Under the pieces are notes generated by a model, which was not told the origin of the DNA, made no database searches, and saw nothing but the letters and a program-made list of their open reading frames with translations. A stretch of 64,000 nucleotides of DNA from Carcharhinus longimanus (Eukaryota), in NCBI GenBank assembly GCA_030264375.1, contig JASCQW010000109.1, positions 50,068,307 to 50,132,306 on the forward strand, in the 5' to 3' direction. The position numbers were made by a program, and so were the translations under genes. Below are positions 10,861-21,892 of this stretch, piece after piece. Positions within the stretch are counted from its first letter, which is position 1. The number at the start of each line of letters is the position of its first letter.

Positions 10861-12858
10861 GGCAAAAGGGTTACTGGTACGATTAGTTGTAAAAAAAAAA
10901 GGATAGTGTAAAGGGAACTCTAGAATCAATTTCTCAAAGCTCCTCAGTACTGAGTCTTTACATGTTGTTCTGTTTCTCCAACTCAGTATTATCTTGCAAA
11001 ATGCTTGCTTTCCTGCAAGTAGAACCCCTCCACATCTAGAACACAATATTAATGAATTTTAACTCGAGCTGGATCTCACACGGCAACTATTTTATATTCA
11101 CCATAGATGCTGACTACTTGTTACACTATATTTGCACATAATCCTGTTGGGGTGTGACACTCACCCACTGGTCCTGTCTAGGTCAATTCCTACACTTTCC
11201 AGGATCTTTTCCATTTTTTAAAAACAATTCATTCACTTCAAAATTGTTCCTTTTAAGAGCTGCATTGCTTACCACCTCCTTTCTACACCTCCACATTTAC
11301 TTCAATAAAAGTCCTTTCTTCTTTTATCTTGTGACACTTACTCATCCTTGGCTATTTTATCCTTCACTGGAACTGTTCTGCAACCTTTTTCAGCAAATTT
11401 TCTCTGCACACAATCATCCCCGTCTTCACCGCAGAAAGTTTTCACACTTTGGCCAGATCATTAGTGGGGCTATTTTCCAAATTGAAATTTACAACACTAG
11501 AGGGAGGCATTTGGTGGCAGGGGGAGGGGGGTCTTTTAGGTAGAGGGAGGCATTTGGCTCAACTCTTTGTTGAAGCAATTCAATCTCAACACCTTAACTC
11601 TCTGTAATAGTGTAACTTACTCAGCTTTAAATGCTTATCTATAATTCACCTAAAAAAAATGCAATGGCTTCACCCGAACCCATTCCACACTCCTCTATAC
11701 AAGGACATTTCTCAATCTCCTCCTGTACTTGCAACATCAATCTTAAACTTGTGACTCCTCATTGACTCCTGAATCAGAGGAAATAGACTTTTAGTCATAA
11801 CTTGCGCATTTATTGAACACATGTAGTTTCAGCATTCTCAGTCAGGGGAAATAATCCCAATAAATCAAATTTCCCCTACAGCTCCATCTGCTACAATTCT
11901 GATGAATTTACACTGTATTCTCAATAAAATGACAGACAAAACTGATCAAAATATTCTAGCTGTGGCTTAGAAATTCTTCCGAACAAATTTCCACGGTAGC
12001 TTCTTGTTTTTGTGCATTGCAGTCCTATTTACAAAATCTAAAATATCTTGTATATTTGCATGTTGGATCTTGGTTCCTCTACATGCTTTAGTATCTTTGA
12101 ATAGATGCTCCTCTTCCTTATTTCTCCTTCCAGCATCCATAACCTCCCACCTTTCTTCACTGAATTATTTCTGCTTCTCGCAACACACAACCCTGCACCC
12201 CCTCCCTCACATAAGCAGCCCCTCATGCTCCCTCTCTCATGTGACCCTACAACCGTGCTCTCCCACTTGGAAACTGCTACACTTTCTAACTCGCACATTT
12301 AATATCAAAAGGCAAGGATAGAGGATGCAGAAGAGGAGTATGAGGTTGCTTCAGTTCACTTGTGTCATCCTGCAGCAACAGGAAGACATAATTGCCAAGA
12401 AAGAGTACCACTAGACGCTCACATCAGTTTTTAGTGGTAGACTGCCAGGCAGGCTTTTATGTCAGTGCTCTTTAATTTACAGATCACCAACTGGTTTTTG
12501 AAATGTTCATCATGGAAATAAATGGCCATCCAGATTTTGTGGGCTGTTGTAGATATAAACCAGATCAATAGCAGCATTGATGTTGGTCCAGCAGTGGCAA
12601 TCTCGAACAGTTGTAAGTGGAATAAACTGGACTTTAAGATATAGGTGAAAATTCAACATTTTAATATTCTTGAACAGATTATAGGAACCAAAATGTTAAA
12701 ACTAAACATTTCCAAAATACCTATGTACAATGGAAAGTGGAACTAGGCAGAGCTTTTTACAATCACATTGGTTTTATTTTCAGGAATCATCAGCAACAGT
12801 TTGTCTGAAGAATTCTAGTTAGTGGCCCCACCCCATATCATATCAATATTATACTCAC

Positions 12859-13059
12859 AAAGTTTGGTGAGAGGTTTAGCTTGTAGAGCTGCTGAGTGGA
12901 ATGAAGCAAGTTAGATACTAGGCTGGACACAAGTACTTCTTTGCCAAGTTTGTTGTTGTCTGTAGCACGCCTCTGGCTACTTGCAACTTGCACTGTCCAC
13001 TTATCCAAGTCCGCGATAATGCAGACAGCTTCTGCTATTGGTTCATCCAACACTGAATG
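12859..13059 (-). CDS. FNIP1: FNIP1 exon 16 (dDENN)
   Basis: [67 protein letters not shown]; FNIP1-type rather than FNIP2-type residues; gttcag / gtgagt; 201 nt. Confidence 0.96.
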
Positions 13060-13598
13060 CTGAACAGAAAGAATGTGACAAGTTAGTTAATACATCTTCT
13101 AATTTGGAGTATTAAATATCAAACATCTTGTATTTTTAAAATAAATACCATAATCCGGTCTTGCAGACCTGCAATGGCCAAGGCTAGGGAACATATTACC
13201 TGCTCTCAGCCATATAGAGCAGGTGGTGTGAAAAGGTTAAAAAAAATCCTAAATAAACTAATATTTTTATTTTCCAATGTTCTTCTAATAAATAACAACT
13301 TCTTCCATCAAGCTTTTTCATCAATAAACTGCCAACGTCAAGGTGTTTGACAAATATAATGGACAAGAGATATCCTTAATACCTGAGTAAAATGGGATTT
13401 GATTCCAGTTACTGAGAACATAGAAGCTGAGGTTCAAAATAATCCCAAAACAACCCCCAAGAAATTGTCAATGGTCACGAGAGTTTATTATTGTACAGTG
13501 TGCTGCGGTTGACTTAGTGGCCTAACTTTTGCATAGTAGCTGAATTGCAATGAACTTCATGAAATGAACTGAGTCAAATTATAAAATGAGTGACCTAC

Positions 13599-13767
13599 TT
13601 GTACAGCGTGCGTTAAGTCTGATGCCAAGCACTGCTTCAACTTCTCGTCACTGCCCGTTCCATGCAGAACAAAGTCAGACACGTAATGAGGGCAATAACC
13701 ACCAAAAAGGGATCTCCCAAAATTTGCCATACTGGGTTTATTGCAGCTTATTTCAACTACATTTGAC
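13599..13767 (-). CDS. FNIP1: FNIP1 exon 15
   Basis: [56 protein letters not shown]; tcatag / gtaggt; 169 nt. Confidence 0.95.
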
Positions 13768-14939
13768 CTATGAGAGAGAAAGAAAATGACATTATATTTA
13801 ACTACATTAGAACATTTTGCAGCTTTCCAAAGCTTTTACTTGTCTGATTCTTTTTGACCAGTTAAGACCAAATTTGAAAGAATCACATTGTCATTGGCGG
13901 GAAGCGCCACTTTTCCAGTTGAGCAAGGAAAAGCGGTAAAAATTTCAACTCTGGGATATATAAAATTTGCAACCAGGTCAACTCACATTGGCCATCTTCT
14001 CTGGCAATTAATAATCAAGTAATTGGAAAAGCCCAATCCATCTGAGCGAGATAGTTTGTTTTCAGCCCCAGCAAGTATCTGTACACTCTACTTGGACATT
14101 CTGGTATACTTAATATGTACTTATCCTTACACAGAGATTCGGACTGTGTCACGTATCACAAATTAAGTTTTATCCAGTTTTTTAAGGAAATTTCTACAGT
14201 CTCCCCATAATTGATGCAAGATAACTTTGAAACAAGATAAAGTCAGACAACCGCTTCACAGTAAAGGGGATAATTCCACAGTTAATGAACAGGCATTCGT
14301 CTCCCCCAAATTAAGTTCCTCTTTTTGTGTAATCTTCTGTTTGGCACACAATCTAATTCAGAGAAACTGTGTGTAAAACATTGGCAGCATAACGCACTGT
14401 CACCACCTATTAGAATTTTAAACATACTTCAAGAAACAACGAAAGCAACCTGGAACCACTCAGAATCCATGCACTAAAATAAAAATGCGACATGAGAAGG
14501 GAGCAGGTAGGTGAATGACTGGTGATATTTTCTATTTATTGCACCTTGGAGGGCAGCAGGAAGGAGCAAGAGCTAGGTGAGGCATAAAAAGCAGCAGAGA
14601 GAGACCTCATTTGGAGAGTGGTGGAGGGAAAGTTGGGGGAGTCATGAAAAGTGGCCTGTGGCAGTGGAGCACATGCAGAGTTTGAAAAATGATATCAGCA
14701 ATAAAAAGTGACATCGGCATGGGAAGGAGCTGATTTATGAGTAGCTGGCGATGAGCAATTCTACTTTTTAGTCTCCAACTTATAATAAATAGTCTAAGGC
14801 TAAGGCATGGCAAGACAGCTGAGCTGTGTGGAATGCACACCTTGTATCACGTGAAAGGTTGTGGATGCTTTCTGTGGCCTGGATGACGATATGTGCAGGA
14901 CATGTCATCAGCTGTGGAAACCTGAACTCCAGGTTTTGG

Positions 14940-15585
14940 AATTCATAGTCATACAGCAAAGAAAGAGGTCCTTTGGCCCATTGTGTCTGGGCAGCCATCA
15001 TGTTCCTATCTATTCTAATCCCATTTTCCAGCACTGGATCAGTCTTTTACGTGATAGTGCTCATCTAAATGCTTTTTAATATTGCAAGGATACCCACCTC
15101 TACCACCCTTTCAGGCAGTGAGTTCCACCTCTACTAAAGGGGGAATGTTTCCTCCTATCTACCCTACTTATATCCTTCATAATTTTATACACCTCAATCA
15201 GGTCCCCCTCAGCCTTCGCTGCTCTACGGAGAACAATGCCAGCCTAGCCATTCTCTCTTCATAGCTGAAATGCACCAACCCTGGCAACATCCTGCTGAAT
15301 TTCCTTTGCATCCCCTCCAGTGCAATCACATCCTTCCCATAGCATGGCATCCTGAACTGGGCACAGTCCTCTAGCAGTGGTCTAACAAGCGTTTTATAGA
15401 ACTCCATCCCTTTTCTTATATTCTATGCCTCGGCTAATAAAGGCAAGTATCCCATATGCCTTTTTTTATTCACTATATCTATCTGTCCTGTTGCCTTCAG
15501 GGATTTATGAACATGCATCCCAAGGTCCCTTTGGTCCTCTTTACTTCCTGGCATCTACCATTCATTGTGCATTTCCTTGCTCAGA
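14940..15585 (-). mobile_element. CR1/HER1-like LINE 3' fragment
   Basis: Peptide FYKTLVRPLLEDCAQFRMPCYGKDVIALEGMQRKFSRMLPGL..FSYEER. Confidence 0.88.
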
Positions 15586-16565
15586 ATAACTATTTTACAT
15601 TTAATATCATACAATAATCAAGTTGTAAATGAGCTTTTATGGAACGGTGACCATAACATGACAGAACTTTACACTGATGTTGATCAATCCAAAACCAAGT
15701 CTTAAATCTAAAAAAGATACTATGAAGATACAGGGGGTAAATTGGCTGTGATGGATTAGGAAACAACATTAAAAGGTATGACAGTAGACAGACAATGATA
15801 GCATTTAACAATCAATACACAGTTTACAACAAATATCCTTTGAGGCACAAATATCCAACAGGAAAAGAGATCAAATTATGGCTAGTATTAGATTAGATCA
15901 AAGGAAGAATCTTATGAAGTTGCCCAAAAAAGTAGCAAGAAGTTTGGGATTATTTTAGAACTCAGCAAAGGAAGATCATGAAACTGATCAAGGGAAAACA
16001 GAAATGAAAGTAAAATAGTGAGAACATAAAACAAAACTGTAAAAATTCTATAATTAAGTAAAAAGGAAAAGATTCGGAAGACAAATATTGACTATTACAG
16101 GCAGAGACAGGAGACTTAGAAATGGGTAACAAGGAAATGATAGAGCAATGGAACAAATACTTTGTGTCCGTCTTCACTGAGGAAGACACAAAAAAATCCC
16201 CAAAATACAAGAGAACCAAGGGACTAATGAGAATGATAACCTGAAAGAAATCAGTATTAGTAAAATAGTACTGGAGAAATGAATGGGGCAATTAATGGGA
16301 CTAAAAATTAATAAATTCCTGGGCCTCATGAATCACATTTCAGAGTGTTGAAACAGGTGGCTGTAGGGATAGCAGATAAATTGGTGGCCATCTCACGAAG
16401 TTCCAAAGGCTCTGGAATGGCTCTAGAGATTGGAAGGCAGCAAACATAACACCACTTTTAACAGGGAGCTCCAGTCATGTTAGCCTGACATCAGTAGTAG
16501 GGAAATGCAATGATCTACTATGAAGGATGTGATAACTAGGCTCATTGAAAATAATAGTAGAGTCA

Positions 16566-16888
16566 ATCATAGAATCCTACAGTGCAGAAGGAGGCTATTC
16601 AGCCAACTGAGTCTGCACCGACTACAATCAACCCAGCCCCTAACCCCATAATGCCATGTATTTACCCCAGCTAGCCCCCCTGACACTAAGGGGCAATTTA
16701 GCATAACTACTCCACCTAACCTGCACATCTTTGGACTGTGGGGGGAAACCAGAGCATCCGGAGGAAACCCATGCAGACACAGGGAGAATGTTCAGACTCC
16801 ATACAGACAGTGACCCAAGCCAGGATTCGAACTCGGGACCCTGGCACTGAGAGTCAGCAGTGCTAACCACTGTGTCACCATGCAGCCA
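16566..16888 (-). mobile_element. HE1 V-SINE, full length
   Basis: tRNA-like head, V-domain and CR1-type tail ...CCTTCTGCACTGTAGGATTCTATG. Confidence 0.9.
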
Positions 16889-17849
16889 TATTTTCATAAA
16901 CGTGGATCAATGAGAGGGAAATCGTGCTTGACAAACCTGTTGGGAATTTTCTGAGACTGTAACAATCAGAATAGGTAAGGGGGAATCCCAGTGGGTAGGT
17001 GTACTTGGATTTTCAGAAGGCTTTTGAAAAGATCCAAAAGTAGAGCACATGAGATTGGGGGTAATGTACTAGCATAGATTGACATTTGGTTAATAAACAG
17101 AAAACAGAGTGGAAATAAAAGCCATTGTCAGGTTGTCACTAGTGGGCTAAGGATCATTGCTTGGACTCCAGCAGTACATAATCAATATCAATGATTTAAT
17201 TTGAGGATCGAATGTAATATTTCTAACTTGGCTGATGACATTAAGACAACACGGGAATGGGAGTTACGAGGAGCATGCAAAGGCTTCCAGGGCATTTAGG
17301 CACACAAAGGGAGTGGGCAAGAACGTTGCAGGTGGAAAATAATATGGAAAAAAGTAAATTATCCATTTTAGAAGAGAAAACGAAAATACATCGTGTTTCT
17401 TAAATGATGGGACGGTGGGAAGTATTGATGTCCAAAGGGACCCGGTGTCCCTGTTCATGAGTCATTGAAAGCTAATCTGTATATACAGAAAGCAATTGTG
17501 AAGGCAAATGGTTTGCTGGCCTTAGTACGAACAAATGAATTAGAAAGTATAGACCATTCGGTCCCTCAAGCCTGCTCCACCATTCAATAAGATCAGGGCT
17601 GATCTGATTATGCCTCAACACCACATCCTTATCCCTAAAACTTTTGANNNNNNNNNNNNNNNNNNNNNNNNNNNNNNNNNNNNNNNNNNNNNNNNNNNNN
17701 NNNNNNNNNNNNNNNNNNNNNNNNNNNNNNNNNNNNNNNNNNNNNNNNNNNNNNNNNNNNNNNNNNNNNNNNNNNNNNNNNNNNNNNNNNNNNNNNNNNN
17801 NNNNNNNNNNNNNNNNNNNNNNNNNNNNNNNNNNNNNNNNNNNNNNNNT

Positions 17850-18340
17850 AAGGTGCAGCAGGCAGTGGGAGTACCCATCATGCCATGCCACATTGTGGGG
17901 GCAGTGGCCTCTCGCTGACCAGTATCAAGATGGCATTGTCAGCTGCCAACTACAACGTGCTATGGATCAACTTGCAGGTGAACCAGGCGGTGGGTACTGG
18001 TGTCTCAGGCTCCTTCAGAATCAACTGGCAGCACCTGAAGGGCCAGGACCACCGTCACCATCCCAACCCCCAGTGCTCAGGAGTGCAGCTGGCCCTGGAG
18101 CCAAGGTGAGGAAGAAACTGGGAGGAGGCGCCAGAGGAAGGAGGAAAATCACTGTAGTGAATCCAGAGACTGAGCGGACGGCTCTGGAAAGCAGGCAAGA
18201 CAGTGCCAGGGGGTAATCCGGACACTGGGCAGGAAGGTAAGGAAGAGGACACAGCAACAAAGGAGGGAACAATTGGGTAGCAAATGGGCAAAATGGTGAA
18301 GGAGGAAAAATAAAGATATGGAACGACTCTGCCTCTTGTG
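17850..18340 (+). pseudogene. Linker histone H1-like (retro)pseudogene fragment
   Basis: GLSLTSIKMALSAANYNVLWINLQVNQAV-GTGVSGSFRIN (17906-18025) aligns to the H1 globular domain (G.SLAALKKAL.A.GYDVEKNNSRI...GTGASGSFKLN) with an internal deletion; basic tail in a shifted frame; AATAAA at 18309-18314; 5' end hidden by the gap. Confidence 0.7.
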
Positions 18341-18518
18341 ATCAGTTTCAAGAGGATTTAAGTACAGGGATAAATAAGTCTTGTTGTAATTGTATAGAGC
18401 CTTGGAGCATTGTATACAATTTTGGTCTTGGAGGCAATGCAACGAAGACTCACCAGGCTGATCCTGGGACAGTGGAATTATCTTATGAGGAAATTGAGCA
18501 GACTGGGCCTATAATCTC

Positions 18519-18677
18519 AAGATAAAAGCAAATGACTGTGGATGCTGGAATCTGAAACCAAAAAGAGAAAAACGCTGGAAAATCTTAAGCTTTGACAAAG
18601 GATCATCGGGACTCGAAACGTCAGCTCTTTTCTCTCCTTACAGATGCTGCCAGACCTGCTGAGATTTTCCAGCGTTT
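18519..18677 (+). mobile_element. Penelope-associated short inverted-repeat element, family B, with hammerhead-like core
   Basis: Arms aaacgctggaaaatct / agattttccagcgttt; core agctTTGACAA..GAAAcgtcagct; imperfect 13-bp TSD ggcctataatctc / ggtctatactctc. Confidence 0.65.
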
Positions 18678-19501
18678 GGTCTATACTCTCTAGAGTTTTA
18701 AAGAATGAGAAGGAATCTCACCAAAACAAACAAAATTCTTACAGGGTTCGACAGGGTAGGAGCAGTGGGTTGTATCCCCTGGCCAGGGAAGAGTCTAGGA
18801 CCAGAGGACACAGTCTCACTATAAAAGGTTAGGCCATCTTAGACTGAACTGAGGAGAAATTTCTTCAATTGTAGGGTAGTGAATTTTTAGAATTCTTTAC
18901 TCCAGAGGGCTGTGGAAGCTCAGTCATTGTGAATGTTCAAGGTAGAGGTTGATACATTTCTGATATTAAACACATCAAGGGATATGGACAGAATAGTGTG
19001 GGAAAAATGGCACACTATTCCGTATCTCTTGATGTGTTTAATATCCAGATGATTTGCACCACAGGGAAAATGGCATTGAGCTAGAGGATTAGCCATGATC
19101 TAGCTGAATGTTACGAGCAGGCTCAAGGGGTCAAATGGCTTCCTCCTGCTCCCATTTCCTCTGTCCCTAAATTAGTTAGCCTAGTGGGGAACACTGTGCC
19201 AATATTAAACGATACACCTGGAATTTTGAGCAATGAGATATCCAATAAACATTTGTTTTCAGAAAGTAAACCAAGTTCTGTACTTAAGAGTTTCCTATAA
19301 TTAGAGCACACTACATGTCTCATACTTCAGAATCACAGAGAATAAGTTTTTCACCATTAAAGTGCAGCAAAATAAATCCCAGAATCATTTGTCCAAATTA
19401 CATGACTTCAATAAAATTGCAAAGATCTGAGTTGGTGGTGGGAACTAGCACTTGGAAATGGAAAGGGAAAACTACAAACAGAATATGTCAAATTTCTGTA
19501 T

Positions 19502-19794
19502 TAGAATCCCCACTGTGCAAGGAGGGTATTTGCCCATCGAATCTGTATTGACAACAATCCCACCAGTCGTATCTCCATAACTCCATGCAGTTATCCTGCT
19601 AGTCCCAATACTAAGGGGCAATTTTTAGTATAGCCAATCAACCTAACCTGCACGTCTTTGGACTGTGGGAGGAAACACCAGGGAAGAACCCACCCAGACA
19701 CGGGGAGAATGTGCAGACTCTACACAGACAAAGGCCAGAATTGAACCTGGGTCCCTGGCACTGTGAAGCGGCATTGCTAACCTCCGTGCTGCCC
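19502..19794 (-). mobile_element. HE1 V-SINE
   Basis: Similar to the 16566 copy over its length. Confidence 0.85.
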
Positions 19795-20004
19795 GTTGTG
19801 CAGAATATAGTTCGAAGTACCAAAATTACTTGTGTTCAACTCTTGAAATCTGTACAGGATGTTTGTACATTTGCCTCTACTTCAAGGCAAAAAAAAATTG
19901 AAGTATAAGCTGATGTTGTTCTACAATACTGTGTTACTTAGCACACACGGCAGTATTTGTGAAGAGAAACAAAGTTACAGGTCTGTGATCTTCCATTTGA
20001 ACTG

Positions 20005-20135
20005 GCAGCAGTTCCAAAAGGTCACATACCTGAAACATTAATGTTTCTCTCTCCACAGATACTGCTAGACCTGCTGCATATTTCCACCATTTCTGTTTTT
20101 ATCTTAGCTTTCCAGCAGCTGTAGCATTTCAGTTT
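20005..20135 (+). mobile_element. Family B PLE-associated repeat, decayed
   Basis: gaaacattaatgtttctctctccacagatactgctagacctgctg..atttcca; related pieces at about 23860-23960, 54945-55050 (-) and 61500-61610. Confidence 0.55.
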
Positions 20136-20559
20136 TTATGTTACTTAACACTGATAATAAGTGATCCTTTTCTGTATTTCAACTCATCTACAGCTGTTCT
20201 ATGACTGCACCTGACCTGTTTCTGACATCTGATGAAACAAAAGCCACAGACAGTGCAATTTATACCACGATTCATTCACTGGCACCTGCCATCATTCTTA
20301 TGCTGAAAAGTGGAGAAGATGTGCACATTCCAGCAGGGGAGTTACTGAACGGCAGTCAGGAGCAGGATCCCTGGCTAATTATCCCCTCCAGCATTTTGCT
20401 GATTCCAAATTCTCTTCGAGGCAAACCAAGCTGAAGTTAAAGATCGACAAATCTGATTTGTCTACACGGCTCTATATTGCCCACATGCCACAAAACATGC
20501 ATCCCTAAATTTACTGCAAGATTTTCTTACTAAACGTAACAGAAATATTGTGTCCTTAC

Positions 20560-21892
20560 CCTGGGAAAGGTAGCTCCATCTGTTCCGGCCAGTCATCCTG
20601 CTCTGTGCTGTAGTAACTATGTCTGGACAACTCGTGAGTTGCATCTTCGTTCTCACTGTCACCCAAAGCACTGTCTGAGCTCTCGTTTCGGGGGATGTCC
20701 CATTCAATTCCAAAAGGTGCTTTTTTCTGAAGACGGTCTACTTCCCCACAGGGGTCATCAATAGAGACCTTGTCTCTACAGTCCTGCTCAGCAGAACTGA
20801 GTATATGTGAATCTAAATCCATTCCATACACCTTACAAGTGCACATGCAATTGTTCACACTCAAGTCACGTTGCTGTTCATTATCCTGAATGCTAGGTCC
20901 TATTTTTGAAATAACTGGTTGCCCAACGTTTTGCTGATCTTCTTTAGGAAGATCATCGATAGTCTTTGTTTCTATTAAATTATCCTCAGTAAAATACTCA
21001 TCAAAAAGGCTCATGCTTCCTTCATGTGTAGACTTCCATTTATAACTGTGTGTATTGGATAATGGATCCTCTATCCTATTAGTTTTGCTTTGGTCCAGAG
21101 TTATAGGCACAGCCTCGTCTGTTTGTGTTCTTTTCAGCTCCTCAATACCTTTCTGTAGTGCCTCCTGGACCTCATTTCTCTTGGCTTCTGTATCAGAGTC
21201 AGGCGACAGTGAGAAGCCAATCTGAAAAGTGACTTTTTGCATTGCATTCAGACTGTTGTTATGGAGATGATTTGCACTACAGGGTACAGAAGCAGACAGC
21301 TGTTTATCAGGAGGCAGTTTCTCGATCACAGGCTCTACAATAGCAGATTTGACAGACAGCACTGTTTCGGTCTTAGCTTTCTGAAGGCAGCTTGTGCTTT
21401 CCTTGTACTGCTTGATGGTATCTTCTCCGCTGAGAGCTGCAAGGTTTGTGCTATAACTACTCAGACTGCTGTTGGTTTTCCAAAACTTCCTGTGACATCG
21501 CATGAATTCTTCTTGCCTGGTGACATCATTCTGGTCTTTAGCCGGGTGAAGTGGACACTTCTCACTCCGACAGACACTTGCAGCACTGTCCCGTGAGAAG
21601 GAGTTCTGATTTTGCAATATGGTTGGAAAGAATGAACTTTTATTCCTGTGCAGCGTAACCACAACATATTCCGACTCTTCCACCTCTCCTTTCTCCAGGG
21701 ATGTGGTCATTACTGATTCATTCACTTCAGCTTCACCATCGCCTTCCACCACCAGCTGGGTTTCCTGCAGCTCAGAGCACCGGATGAAGTACGTGAGGAA
21801 ATGAAGGAGTCGCTGAACCAATTCCTGTCGTTTACCAATTACCACTGTCCGGGCTAATCTTACTGGAGATCCTATAGCACCATGTAGATCGA
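20560..21892 (-). CDS. FNIP1: FNIP1 exon 14 (large exon: end of cDENN, disordered linker with LIR, redox degron and CK2 cluster)
   Basis: DLHGAIGSPVRLARTVVIGKRQELVQRLLHFLTYFIRCSELQET...WDIPRNESSDSALGDSE...ELPFPG; contains the 429-aa ORF; tgatag / gtaagg; 1333 nt. Confidence 0.96.

Larger units (their letters stand above)
15660..19168 (+). mobile_element. Long decayed CR1 LINE interrupted by nested insertions (SINE, CR1 tip/H1-like segment, PLE repeat)
   Basis: Collinear CR1 ORF2 landmarks: aacaaatactttgtgtccgtcttcac, gattggaaggcagcaaa, tacttggattttcagaaggctttt, aaggcaaatggtttgctggcc resuming at aagaggatttaagtacagg (about 18350), 3' tail at 19080-19168. Confidence 0.8.

Noticed and set aside
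11498-11557. 17-bp direct repeat tagagggaggcatttgg x2 (CRISPR-like or CTCF-like)
   Set aside because: Only two units in a eukaryotic intron, so probably a small local duplication; the CTCF match is partial and untestable here.
21237-21804. Antisense and alternate-frame ORFs over exon 14
   Set aside because: Shadow ORFs of the real FNIP1 coding exon with no independent support.
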